In this document: one piece after another, positions 18,612 to 28,187 of the stretch
Layout: every line of letters starts with the position of its first letter
Position numbering within the stretch: the first letter of the stretch is position 1
DNA from: an uncultured virus (IMG/VR IMGVR_UViG_3300035135_002447)
Lineage: Duplodnaviria; Heunggongvirae; Uroviricota; Caudoviricetes
Length of the DNA stretch: 64,000 nt
Virus record (IMG/VR): IMGVR_UViG_3300035135_002447
Reading direction: 5' to 3' (one strand)
Translations under genes and position numbers: made by a program
Notes under the pieces: generated by a model
The model's database searches: none
What the model was told of the DNA's origin: nothing
What the model saw: only the letters and a program-made list of their open reading frames with translations

Positions 18612-18619
18612 TATTTATA
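18612..18619 (-). promoter_or_regulatory. Full T4 late promoter consensus TATAAATA driving the riboswitch transcript
   Basis: TATAAATA 5 nt upstream of the riboswitch 5' end. Confidence 0.75.
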
Positions 18620-18624
18620 AAAAA

Positions 18625-19161
18625 TTAATTAACTTTTAATGCTCGTCTAATATCAATTGCTTTTGACGACCTATAAAATTCAATTGAAACTTTATTCTTT
18701 TGATTGCCGCCTAAAATTACGTAATATTCAATGTTGTTTTTTGTAACACTACTTAGATAAAACCCCACGTGTCCTTGCCATTCTACATCTCCTCTAGGAA
18801 AAACAACTAAGTCTCCAGGTTCAATGTTTTCTTTTTTTACACTCTGCCCCCAATCAAGAAAGGCTTTTGCTGTAAGAGGATATTCATGATCTTTATTACT
18901 TTTAATTCCACTTTCTTCAAGTACACTGTTTACAAATGCCGCACACCATTCTGTTTGTACAGGATCTATTCCAGTTAAATCTTTTAATTCTGATCTATTA
19001 TATCTTTCATGCATTCCGTAATAATTGTATGCAGTAAGAGCCGGATTGTCTTGACTTACAACTACTGGTACAGGACCTCGTTCACTTGGTATAGGAACTT
19101 CTCCTTCTGAACATGCTGTTATTACAAATATTCCAATTAACACAAGTATAAAATATTTCAT
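18625..19161 (-). CDS. TIGR02594-family (NlpC/P60-CHAP-like) cysteine peptidase with a lipoprotein signal
   Basis: WCAAFVN, GDLVVFPRG, GHVGFY and ILGGNQ motifs; N-terminus MKYFILVLIGIFVITA-C. The GTG start at 19197 in the ORF track lies inside the terminator hairpin. Confidence 0.8.
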   Translation of the reverse strand: MKYFILVLIGIFVITACSEGEVPIPSERGPVPVVVSQDNPALTAYNYYGMHERYNRSELKDLTGIDPVQTEWCAAFVNSVLEESGIKSNKDHEYPLTAKAFLDWGQSVKKENIEPGDLVVFPRGDVEWQGHVGFYLSSVTKNNIEYYVILGGNQKNKVSIEFYRSSKAIDIRRALKVN

Positions 19162-19185
19162 AAATTTTTCTTTCTCTGCACTCAT

Positions 19186-19212
19186 AAAAATAGGCACCGA
19201 AGTGCCTATTTT
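19186..19212 (-). terminator. Terminator after the major capsid gene (cUUCGg loop)
   Basis: ATAGGCAC-TTCG-GTGCCTAT-TTTT. Confidence 0.85.
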
Positions 19213-19237
19213 CGTTTTTTACTAAAGTACCTAGGAC

Positions 19238-20413
19238 TTAGCTGAATGAAACGTTTGCGTTTGTAATATCAACTTTACCTAAGTAGTCAGCTGCGTTACC
19301 AAGTGATGACGCAGTGTTGTTTAGCTCAACATAACCATAACGTGTCATAAATGATACTGTTGGTTCGAATGTTGATGGATCTAGTACAACACCTGAGCTC
19401 ATTAGCGGGATGTATGGGCAGTAGAATGCCGCTGCATCTGACTCGCTTGAGCCTTTGTAACCAATTAATACTGCTGCATCATCGCCAGCATATGTGTTTA
19501 CATATACTTTCATTGCGTTGTTTAGTGTACCAACCATTTTTGTGTTAGTTGGTGCTTCAAACGCACCTTCAGTTGTTCTTGCGAACGCTGAAGTTGTTGC
19601 AGACTGAAGAATTGTAAGTGCAAATGGGCTAACAACTGCCCAGTTACCAGCGCCTCTTCTTGTACGCTGAGCGATTAGGTTTGATACTCTGTTGATTTGA
19701 ACAGCAAGTGCTGCATGTTCGTCACCAACAAAAGTAGCTGTACCTGAAACGCCTGCTTGGTCGTAAGTTTCAGCAGCTGAACCAGCTAATGTACCTAATG
19801 AAGCAAGTACTTCTTGGTCGATCTCAGCTGTAATTTCTTGTGCTAAAGCAGCCATGATCTCTGCTTCTACGTCGATGCCGTGCTGTGACTGTGCGTCTTG
19901 TGCGGCTTCAAAAGTCCAGCGAGCTGATAGCTTTCTGGTTTTTGCTTCGACTGTTTGCTTTAAGATCTGAATGCTTAGTTTGTTACCACCATCACCTTCA
20001 AGTACTGCTGTATTGTCGGCTCTGCCTGTTGTAGCATTACCTGAATATGCTTCAGCAATTTTGAATGGTGATAGAGCTTCTTCACCAGCAGTTGCGCCTG
20101 ACCCGCCTGAGCCAATTGTTTCTGCATAGCGTACTCTAAGTGTGTGGATTTGACCCACTGGTCCAGTCATAGGCTGAACACCAACAAGTTCATTTGCAAT
20201 CACTGTTGGCATCACACGTCTGATAACTGGTAGGATAACTCTATTAAGAGTTGCGACATTACCGGCAGAAGTTGCACCAGCTGTAGCAGTCTCTGACAAA
20301 TACTGTCTAGTATTTTCCAAAGTTGTTGCCATTACAGCCTTTTTAGTGCCTTGTAGGCCCTCTAGTAGTGCAGTTTTAGTATCCTGCCAGCGACTTTCTA
20401 GTAGTTCTGACAT
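19238..20413 (-). CDS. gp23: Major capsid protein (T4 gp23 family)
   Basis: GVQPMTGP, VEAKTRKLSARWTFEAAQD, FYCPYIPL and MTRYG motifs. Confidence 0.95.
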   Translation of the reverse strand: MSELLESRWQDTKTALLEGLQGTKKAVMATTLENTRQYLSETATAGATSAGNVATLNRVILPVIRRVMPTVIANELVGVQPMTGPVGQIHTLRVRYAETIGSGGSGATAGEEALSPFKIAEAYSGNATTGRADNTAVLEGDGGNKLSIQILKQTVEAKTRKLSARWTFEAAQDAQSQHGIDVEAEIMAALAQEITAEIDQEVLASLGTLAGSAAETYDQAGVSGTATFVGDEHAALAVQINRVSNLIAQRTRRGAGNWAVVSPFALTILQSATTSAFARTTEGAFEAPTNTKMVGTLNNAMKVYVNTYAGDDAAVLIGYKGSSESDAAAFYCPYIPLMSSGVVLDPSTFEPTVSFMTRYGYVELNNTASSLGNAADYLGKVDITNANVSFS

Positions 20414-20424
20414 TTGGTTTCTCC

Positions 20425-21528
20425 TTAATTTAATCCAGCTAGACGACGGATTGCTACAACATTCTCATCATCTGCTTTACTACTAACGTTAGTTAATGAC
20501 TTTTCGTCACGGTTGCCTGTTACTTCTTTTGCCTCTGCTAATACTGCCTTCTGCTTTGCTGGACTGTTACCATCAATTACTGACGGTAGATACTTATCAA
20601 ACGCAGAACTTAATCTATCTGTTTGAACTGATTCCAGTAAGTCTGTCATAATTTCTTTTTGATCTTTACCCAAAGGTGCTACAAGATCATTTAAGATTTT
20701 ATCTCTACGAGCTGATTCAGCAAGTTTTGTTTTTTCTTCTGCAGCTGTTTCAGCAAGTTTCTTAGCCTTAGCGGCTAGTGTTTTTGCTTCTACAATTTGT
20801 TTCTCTTTTGTGTCAATGACCTTCAAGAGTTTTGCAGTTTCTGACTTTTCGTTAAGATAGCTGTTAGCGTATTCTGATGCGAATGCTTCGAATAGCTTAC
20901 GGCCAAAGTCATTTCTACGTGCAGACTCAATATCTTCTTTCAGTTGACCAATTTCACCTTTCAGTGATTTTGAAACTGTTTCTGATACTGCTTTTGCACT
21001 TTTTGCGACAAAGTCTTTTTTGACTTCTGCAAATTTTTCTTTAGCTTCACGTACTAAACGTACTTTTGTTTCTGCTAAGTCTTTCTTATCTTCGTAAAAC
21101 TCTGCAAGTTCTTTTGCTAGTGATTCTACAACAAATTCCTCAAGCTGAACAAATTTCTTTGCCATTGTCTTTTGGTCTTCATGTAGCTCGCCTACCTCTT
21201 TGCCTAGTTGAGTCATTACAAACTCTTTCATTAGCTTTGCATTTTCACGCTGTGCAATAGCAAATTTTGCTTTTGCTTCTGCTAGTTGCTTTCTGTCCTC
21301 TTGGAATTCAGCAACTTCAGCACTTAGACGCTCTTCTAATAATGAATCAATAGATTCAATCATAGTTGTTTTGTCATGCTCATACTTTTTAGCAAATTCT
21401 TCACGAAGCTCTGCAGTGGCCGCCTGGCGATTTTCTTTCACCTTTGCTTCCCATGCTTCTTCGATCTCACGGCGCACGTCTTCAGAAACTACGTCATTTT
21501 CGAATAATGTTTTTAGTGCATCCAACAT
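20425..21528 (-). CDS. gp22: Prohead scaffold/core protein (gp22-like)
   Basis: Charged coiled-coil between the protease and capsid genes; C-terminal IRRLAGL. Confidence 0.8.
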   Translation of the reverse strand: MLDALKTLFENDVVSEDVRREIEEAWEAKVKENRQAATAELREEFAKKYEHDKTTMIESIDSLLEERLSAEVAEFQEDRKQLAEAKAKFAIAQRENAKLMKEFVMTQLGKEVGELHEDQKTMAKKFVQLEEFVVESLAKELAEFYEDKKDLAETKVRLVREAKEKFAEVKKDFVAKSAKAVSETVSKSLKGEIGQLKEDIESARRNDFGRKLFEAFASEYANSYLNEKSETAKLLKVIDTKEKQIVEAKTLAAKAKKLAETAAEEKTKLAESARRDKILNDLVAPLGKDQKEIMTDLLESVQTDRLSSAFDKYLPSVIDGNSPAKQKAVLAEAKEVTGNRDEKSLTNVSSKADDENVVAIRRLAGLN

Positions 21529-21543
21529 GTTTATTTTCTCCTT

Positions 21544-22167
21544 TTATTGGAGTCGGTTGATTATATTAACCAACGATTCTTTTAAAAACTTTTGTGCCTT
21601 GTTATCATGTCTAGTTGCCTGTGCTAATTCGTATGCCTTATATCCGCCGCGAGCATTCATAAGGTGCTCGTAAATTGGTGTAGGATATGCACCAGGGGCG
21701 CTGGGCTGAGCCACAACGTCCACGGTGATAATTTCAAAATCTGATACTGTATTGCTACCATCTTCAGAAACATTACCGCTACCTCTGCTTGAAACTCCTA
21801 ATTTTACGCCGCTTTCTAGCATTGTTCTAACTAATTGTCCCATTGGTGTTGGTAATATTTTTAGTTTTCCATAACCGTTAGCATCATCCATCCACATTTC
21901 TGTAATCATGTGTGATACGCGGTCAAGGTTAATATTGAGGCCTTCTGGATGATCAACTTCGCCGAGAACACTGTATCCTCCTGCTATCTGATCGTTGAGA
22001 GTTTTGACAGCCCTGCCAATTTCATTTACAGGATACACACGCTGATTAGCATTGCGTACTCCGCCCTGTATACAAATGCCCTTCATATACAGGTCTTTTC
22101 CTTCGTTGGCATCTTCGACAACCATTCTAGCTTGATCGAATGTCAAATGCTCTCGTAAGTTTTTCAT
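21544..22167 (-). CDS. gp21: Prohead maturation protease
   Basis: NANQRVYP, GEVDHP, LGVSSRGSG and DVVAQPSAPGA motifs. Confidence 0.93.
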   Translation of the reverse strand: MKNLREHLTFDQARMVVEDANEGKDLYMKGICIQGGVRNANQRVYPVNEIGRAVKTLNDQIAGGYSVLGEVDHPEGLNINLDRVSHMITEMWMDDANGYGKLKILPTPMGQLVRTMLESGVKLGVSSRGSGNVSEDGSNTVSDFEIITVDVVAQPSAPGAYPTPIYEHLMNARGGYKAYELAQATRHDNKAQKFLKESLVNIINRLQ

Positions 22168-22189
22168 CTACTCTCCCCAACCTTGCTGA

Positions 22190-23164
22190 TTAAGAGCCAA
22201 TAGTGGCTTTTTTGTTATCAGCAGATTCTGGCTTCGACTTCTTTTCAGCGCCGTGGCCAGGTTCGTTTTTAGTGCCTGATTTAGCACTAGTACCGCCTGG
22301 AACATTTCTATTCCCTGCGTTATCTTCTGTAGGCTTTGCAGGAGTCATACCTTTTTCTTCTGCACCTTGTGCAATATTTCCTGCGTCACCGCCCATATCA
22401 TTTGCGCCTGCAACAGTTGACTTAGTGTTTGCACCATTGTCACCCATTGAAGCTGTAACTTTGTTTGTATACTCACGCATGATTTCACCGGCAGTCATTG
22501 TTGATTCATCAACTTCTTCTTCAGTTGCTTCTTCAACTTCTTCATCTGATGCTTCTTCAACTTCTTCGTCATCTGATTCAAAAGCTACTGCTTCTTCTTC
22601 TGGCTCTTCTTCATCAGCGTCCGTATCCATGTCGCCTTCGTCATCGCCTTCGTCACCAGCTTCTTCGCCGTCCATCATTGCGTCAAATTCTGCTTTAAGC
22701 TCGTCTAGTGCATCTTCTAGATCCATTACACGATCTTCTAATTCTTCGTCACCAGCTTCATCGCCCATGTCCATTTCTGGCTCTTCGTCACCTTCTGGTT
22801 CCATGTCGCCCATCATGTCGTCTGCTGGATCGCCGCCCATGTCCATTGGATCAGCTTCAACTTCAAATTCGTCTAAGTCAAAGTCTTCTTTAACTTCTTC
22901 GTCTTTGTCGTCATCTGATTCTTCAACTTCTTCATCAGCTGCTTCGTTTGTTTCTTCGTCATCATCTTTTGATGCTTCATCTACTTCTTCATCAGTAGCT
23001 TCTTCAACTTCTTCGTCGTTTTCTGCTAAATCATTTTCAAGTAGGTTTTCATAAATTTCACGTGATTTTTCAACCACAATCTCGTGGAAAAGCTCTTCCG
23101 CACCTTCTTTGTCTTCGTTAACAAGGCGCTCAAGCATTTCTTCAAATTTGTTAAGATCTGCCAT
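22190..23164 (-). CDS. Highly acidic prohead core protein (gp67/68-like position)
   Basis: Asp/Glu-rich with DEEVEEA repeats; lies between portal and protease. Confidence 0.7.
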   Translation of the reverse strand: MADLNKFEEMLERLVNEDKEGAEELFHEIVVEKSREIYENLLENDLAENDEEVEEATDEEVDEASKDDDEETNEAADEEVEESDDDKDEEVKEDFDLDEFEVEADPMDMGGDPADDMMGDMEPEGDEEPEMDMGDEAGDEELEDRVMDLEDALDELKAEFDAMMDGEEAGDEGDDEGDMDTDADEEEPEEEAVAFESDDEEVEEASDEEVEEATEEEVDESTMTAGEIMREYTNKVTASMGDNGANTKSTVAGANDMGGDAGNIAQGAEEKGMTPAKPTEDNAGNRNVPGGTSAKSGTKNEPGHGAEKKSKPESADNKKATIGS

Positions 23165-23209
23165 TTTTTTCTCCTATAAATGTTTTACCTATGGTAAGGC
23201 TGTCATTAT

Positions 23210-23215
23210 TATTTA
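23210..23215 (-). promoter_or_regulatory. Late promoter box (TAAATA) for the head operon
   Basis: acTAAATAat upstream of the core-protein SD. Confidence 0.65.
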
Positions 23216-23282
23216 GTATTAGGGAGAAAATATACGTAGATATAGGCTCAAAACGAGCCATTTTAGGAAAATTGGGTCGTTT

Positions 23283-23861
23283 TTACATATTTTTGTAAAA
23301 AATGTCATATGATATTGTTTTTAAATTATCAACAGTATTTAGTTCCGGTGGACAAAAATTATCTGGCTGTATAACCCTAAAATACTTTATTTTTGGATTT
23401 TCTATTAGTACTGTTCTTGTTTGTCTAAGCCAATTACCAAAATATGTAGCACGTTCATTTGCTTTTTTATAGTTCCTAGTATCAGCATATAAGTTGTTTA
23501 ATACTTTTCCATTGTCAAGTCCTTGAAAATCAAATCCTATAATGTATATTTCATCATATTTGTGCTGACTTGCTAACCATAATGCTGTAGGACCACTGCT
23601 CCAACCTTTTGAAGGATTGAAGAAGTTTAAATGTCTCATTTTGTTGTATGCTTTGTTTGGATTAGTGTATACTGTGTTATCGTATTGCCATTTGTATTGA
23701 TTTATTTCCAAAATCATTTTTACATCTACAGCAATTAGATAATCTGGAGTGAATTCTCTGTATAGTGCATTACAGCCGTAGATCTTGCCTTTAGATTTAA
23801 GTTTTTCTAAATCTAAATTTTTTCTACTTGTGCCGTTTCCTAGTACAAATGCCCTGTTCAT
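23283..23861 (-). CDS. DUF115/MptE/Maf-like (GT29-like fold) protein, possible glycosyltransferase
   Basis: AFVLGNGTSR, IYGCNALYR, PDYLIAVD, SSGPTALWLA and IYIIGFDF motifs. Confidence 0.6.
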   Translation of the reverse strand: MNRAFVLGNGTSRKNLDLEKLKSKGKIYGCNALYREFTPDYLIAVDVKMILEINQYKWQYDNTVYTNPNKAYNKMRHLNFFNPSKGWSSGPTALWLASQHKYDEIYIIGFDFQGLDNGKVLNNLYADTRNYKKANERATYFGNWLRQTRTVLIENPKIKYFRVIQPDNFCPPELNTVDNLKTISYDIFYKNM

Positions 23862-24115
23862 TAAATACCGTCACCGGACATAGCCGCTTGCGAAGCTAGT
23901 CCATACATCTGTCTTACAAATTCAAGCTCATTAGCTTGTTCTTTAGTATGTAGTTCAGATGCTTTACGTGAACGGTTTATTTGGCGTAAGGTGAGTCGTG
24001 TTTTACGTGTGTCAGAACTTTTTAGAATAGAAGTATCAAACTCTGGCTCGTATGAGTCATCGTCGGACATTTCAAATGTTTCTTTGTCGTAATAAAAAAG
24101 TTCTCTTAGTATCAT
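23861..24115 (-). CDS. Conserved head-module hypothetical protein
   Basis: 84 aa with DTRKTRLTLRQIN...VRQMYG; TATAAATA lies 5 nt upstream of the ATG. Confidence 0.7.
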   Translation of the reverse strand: MILRELFYYDKETFEMSDDDSYEPEFDTSILKSSDTRKTRLTLRQINRSRKASELHTKEQANELEFVRQMYGLASQAAMSGDGI

Positions 24116-24120
24116 AGTAT

Positions 24121-24128
24121 TATTTATA
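24121..24128 (-). promoter_or_regulatory. Late promoter TATAAATA, probably giving a leaderless mRNA
   Basis: TATAAATA-atact-ATG with no SD. Confidence 0.65.
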
Positions 24129-24130
24129 CT

Positions 24131-25888
24131 TTATATTGTCTGATCGCCTGCTGGTGCAGCAGCTCCTGCTCCAACATCTTGTGTAGTAGCAGTTTCTGGT
24201 GGAGTATCTGTGCCGCCATCTTCAGGGGCAGGTTCTTCTCCGCCAACATCTTCCATATCTCCCATGTCAGTTGCCATTCCTGCTGAACTAATACCAGTTG
24301 ATCTCATCTCTCCTGCACTATCAGTTTGTGGTGCACCAAGAGCTTCGTCATTTTCTTCTCTCCACATACGTTCATTTTCTGCTATTTCTTCGTCACTCAT
24401 TCCTAAGAAACGTTTAAGTGCAAAACGATTTGACATATATGGGATAGCACTCATTTGTGTAAATGTAGGTACTCTTGCATTATCAAGTTCACTTTGTCTA
24501 TATGCAGCAAAGTTTTGTGGTTCTTGGAACTCAAGGTCAAACATTGATGTATCAACATTTACACCTTTGTCTAACAAGTACCTCTTAAAGTCTTGATTAA
24601 ATTCTTCAATAATCAATCCTTGTAGTCGTTCGCAATAATTATTAAATCTTAACTCTTGAATGTATGCAGTTCCAACTCTTCCATCCTGGAATGAAGTTGC
24701 TCCGTCATCAGCACCCGTAGGCAAATAGCTGGAAGGAATTCGTAAGCCGCGTACGAGCTTATTAGTAAAGTATCTAAGATCATCAATCTCTCCTAGGTTA
24801 GTTCCTCCTGGTAGTGTTTCAACTTTTGAGCCGCGGCCTTCAGCTGTCTGTGGGAAAAAGTAATCTTCGTTGATTGATAGAGGATTGTATGATGAGTCTA
24901 TGACATTCTGGCCGCCCCCTGTTGACGATGGGATACGTCTTTGATGTATTTCCGTCTTAACACGTTCTACAAATTGCATCGCTAAGTGCGATGGCATGTT
25001 ACCCACATCAACGTAGAAAACTCTTCTTTCAGGTGCTCTCTGCACTCTGTAAATAATAATTGCATCTTCTAATAATTCTTTTTGTTTGTATACTTTGAAT
25101 ATACTTTCAAGTAGTGAATTACCAAATGGAAAGTTTTGGTCAAGTCCTTCACTTAAACTAAGGTGTATAATATGTTTTGCATCAATTGCTGTTTCACCAT
25201 CTTCTATATTAAATCTTGAACCGGCTTGTTGTTGCGGATTACCAACCATTCCTCTACCACTACCAGTGAAATATCCAGTATTAGGATTGCCTCCGCCTGT
25301 AATGTTACCCGATGTTTGGAAAGGTGTAGTAGCAACTAAATTTTTACAATTCAAATTAAAATCTTTTATAATATATTGTTCAGGTATTTTACCTTCTGAT
25401 TCGTTAACAATAATACGTGTAAGTTTTGCAGGATCTATATGATACCATTTGTTTGTTTCTGGATCTCTTATAAAAATACCATCGCCGTATTTGAAAACAT
25501 TACGGAAAATTCTAAACATTCGTGTTTCAAATTTTTGTATTTTACACCACTGTTTTAAATATTGTCCAAGAATAGTTACTTCAGAATTTGTAGCACTCTT
25601 AAAGAAATTAAATTTGAAATTAGTTCCGTTTTCGTCATTTATTTGTGAGCAAAATTCTGCAAGAATATCAAGTGCCGCATTAACTTCACTGTCGTTATCC
25701 ATAGTGTTGTATTGACCGTAACGTTCAACACGATTAGGTGAACCTACATACACATCTGGAAGATATGACGAATAGTTTGACCGTGCAGGACCTGCTAATC
25801 CTGAACTGGCTCTGCCAGCAATAGGACTGTATACTCCGTTTGGATTATCTCCCGTCTTAACAGGTGTAAAATATTTTTTCCAACTCAT
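24131..25888 (-). CDS. gp20: Portal vertex protein
   Basis: LLEDAIIIYRVQRAPERRVFYVDVGNMP, EDYFFP, GRGSKVETLPGG motifs. Confidence 0.95.
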   Translation of the reverse strand: MSWKKYFTPVKTGDNPNGVYSPIAGRASSGLAGPARSNYSSYLPDVYVGSPNRVERYGQYNTMDNDSEVNAALDILAEFCSQINDENGTNFKFNFFKSATNSEVTILGQYLKQWCKIQKFETRMFRIFRNVFKYGDGIFIRDPETNKWYHIDPAKLTRIIVNESEGKIPEQYIIKDFNLNCKNLVATTPFQTSGNITGGGNPNTGYFTGSGRGMVGNPQQQAGSRFNIEDGETAIDAKHIIHLSLSEGLDQNFPFGNSLLESIFKVYKQKELLEDAIIIYRVQRAPERRVFYVDVGNMPSHLAMQFVERVKTEIHQRRIPSSTGGGQNVIDSSYNPLSINEDYFFPQTAEGRGSKVETLPGGTNLGEIDDLRYFTNKLVRGLRIPSSYLPTGADDGATSFQDGRVGTAYIQELRFNNYCERLQGLIIEEFNQDFKRYLLDKGVNVDTSMFDLEFQEPQNFAAYRQSELDNARVPTFTQMSAIPYMSNRFALKRFLGMSDEEIAENERMWREENDEALGAPQTDSAGEMRSTGISSAGMATDMGDMEDVGGEEPAPEDGGTDTPPETATTQDVGAGAAAPAGDQTI

Positions 25889-25889
25889 T

Positions 25890-28115
25890 CTACGCTCCTC
25901 TCATGTAGTCACCGGATAGCGTAGTAAAACCTTTTCTTATTCTATCGCTCATATCTACGTTTTGTTTACTTGTATCAACTAGTTGTGTTAATGGTTGTGA
26001 AAGTGTGTTATTTAATGCTTCTTCCATAGGTCCTCGCATGTTACCAGGTAAATTCATTATAGCAGTCTTTAGAGCTTCTAAAGAAGCATTTGCCTGATTG
26101 TTATTTGCACCACCATCTCCGATAGTTGTCTTAATTGTATTTAACATTCCATTCAGCATTGCGGTTCCGTTATTGGCAACTCCTTGATCGGCATACGATG
26201 CTTGGGCCGCTTGTAGAGCCCCCATTGCACTATTTCTTACTATATCTTGCATCTGACTAGGAGTAACAACTGCTTCTATACCATGCAATGCTGCAAAAGT
26301 TTCTTTTCCAAAATTCTTAAATAGTTGTCCTGTTGCACCCATTGTTCCTGTGCTAAACACATTTTTATTTTTTAGCTGTTCTATAATTTTTTTAATAATC
26401 TCATCGTTCATCTCGCCGTCTATAATAACATTTTCTGCATTTAGTGTAACAAGATTTGCTTCTATAGCACTTGCAATACTTTGATTTGCACTGCTTATTA
26501 ATTCTTTAATAGCTGACGCAGTTGTATCTGGTAAATCTATTGCTTTCAATATTTCCTGTGCTTGGTTTGTTAATTTGTCGGCTTCCTCTTTATTGTTGTT
26601 GGCTAATGCTGATTCTGCTGCTAATTCTAATTCATTTGCTTTTATAATAGCATTTCTTTGTGCAATGAACAACTCTTTTTCTTCGTCACTCATTCCTACT
26701 GTAGGAGCTAGATTCATTAATGCACCTTCGCTTGTGTTAATAGCCATTTTGACCATTTCACTAACGTCTACTCCTTCTACTTGTTTTGCAACTAACTCTG
26801 ATATATCGCCTATGTTTGTAAAAATTCTTTTAAGTGTTTCTGTTTGCAAGGTTGCCGCAGTAAATTGAAGGGTTCTTAAACCATCTATATATGCATTAAG
26901 TGCCTTTTCGCCTCCAGTAGTTCCCGGAGTTAACTGCATATCTTTTTCAGCTTTTATCAATTCATTTCTAAATTTTGCAAGTGCATCAGCAGTTGCTTCT
27001 TGTCCTGGATTTTGTTGTTTAAATTTTTCAATTAATTCATCTGTTGTTAATGCTTCTGCTGACTTGTTTAAATCTCCTACTATGTTCATTAAACCTTGTG
27101 TATATTCATTTACTCCGCCAAGAATAGCCATGTTTAAAACATCTGTATTAGTTCTTAAAGCGGCTGCCTGTTGTACTGCAACATCTTGTAATCGTTTTGC
27201 TTCAGCTTCGTTTCCTGCTTGTGCGGCTGCTCTAATACCGTGCAGTGTTTGAACTAATTCTGGTGCAAAACTATGAAGTGCCATTACTGCCGGGTCATCT
27301 GGATTTGGAAATCCTCTAGTAATAATATCAGTAGCAAGATTTCCTATTGTACCGCCCATTTTTCCTAGTCGTTGTACTGTTCCTGCAACTTCGTCTCTAA
27401 CTTGCTCGTCAACAGATTGTGCAAACGCAAAAATATTTCCTTGACGGCTTATATCTGCTCTTTCCGCTGCAAGAGCGTCAGCTTGTTCTCCAGTTAACCT
27501 TGATAGTTTATCCATTTCTTCTGCAAACTCTGCGGCCCGCATATTTCTTATCCTATCATTTTTATTGCTTCTTATATTATTAACATTAGCGATAGCATCA
27601 TACTGTAGGAATCTTTCATTTATAGTATCAGTTGTCATACCAAGCAATTCTAATCTTTCACGTAATTTTAAAAAATCACCGTTAGTGGCTTGTAAAAAAA
27701 CACTTTGTCTTGACAAGAATGTATTAATGCCTTGATTAGCTGTGTTACCAAGTTGTGCAAATACTTGTGCGTTTTCTCCTGCTAAAGTAGCTAAATCTTC
27801 TAAACGTAAATTTGCTCTTCCTGCTGTGATTGACATTGTATCAAGTTCGTTACCAAAATTGATACCTCTTGTAGTCAAATCACGCCAAACTCCTACGTAT
27901 GCTTCTGCTCCTGCCATAACAGATGCAATAGTATCACCTGCTCCACCAAATGCTTTTAGAACCGGTCCGGCTGCATCAGAAAAACTTTTTGGGGCACCTT
28001 GTAAGATGCCAGTTACTGTTTTACCAAACGCTGTTGTAAGTTTATCAACAGCAGCTCTGTTCTTATTAAACGCATCCGTGTTCTTGTTTACTGATTCTGT
28101 ATTTTCTGTTACCAT
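25890..28115 (-). CDS. Tape-measure-like protein
   Basis: Ala/Gln-rich helical 741 aa with a C-terminal NFGKETFAALHGIEAVVTP motif; divergent from gp26. Confidence 0.65.
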   Translation of the reverse strand: MVTENTESVNKNTDAFNKNRAAVDKLTTAFGKTVTGILQGAPKSFSDAAGPVLKAFGGAGDTIASVMAGAEAYVGVWRDLTTRGINFGNELDTMSITAGRANLRLEDLATLAGENAQVFAQLGNTANQGINTFLSRQSVFLQATNGDFLKLRERLELLGMTTDTINERFLQYDAIANVNNIRSNKNDRIRNMRAAEFAEEMDKLSRLTGEQADALAAERADISRQGNIFAFAQSVDEQVRDEVAGTVQRLGKMGGTIGNLATDIITRGFPNPDDPAVMALHSFAPELVQTLHGIRAAAQAGNEAEAKRLQDVAVQQAAALRTNTDVLNMAILGGVNEYTQGLMNIVGDLNKSAEALTTDELIEKFKQQNPGQEATADALAKFRNELIKAEKDMQLTPGTTGGEKALNAYIDGLRTLQFTAATLQTETLKRIFTNIGDISELVAKQVEGVDVSEMVKMAINTSEGALMNLAPTVGMSDEEKELFIAQRNAIIKANELELAAESALANNNKEEADKLTNQAQEILKAIDLPDTTASAIKELISSANQSIASAIEANLVTLNAENVIIDGEMNDEIIKKIIEQLKNKNVFSTGTMGATGQLFKNFGKETFAALHGIEAVVTPSQMQDIVRNSAMGALQAAQASYADQGVANNGTAMLNGMLNTIKTTIGDGGANNNQANASLEALKTAIMNLPGNMRGPMEEALNNTLSQPLTQLVDTSKQNVDMSDRIRKGFTTLSGDYMRGA

Positions 28116-28148
28116 TTCAGAATTGTTCTCCAGGCGATTTTTTACTCA

Positions 28149-28170
28149 TAAATAGTTTATAATATATTTA
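28149..28170. promoter_or_regulatory. Pair of face-to-face late promoters: TAAATA on + at 28149-28154 and on - at 28165-28170
   Basis: caTAAATAgtttataataTATTTAtc between the tape-measure-like gene and gp26. Confidence 0.65.
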
Positions 28171-28187
28171 TCCGTAGGATACAATGC

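Noticed and set aside
22203..23054. 283-aa Ser-rich plus-strand ORF
   Set aside because: It is the antisense mirror of the GAA/GAT-rich acidic core gene.
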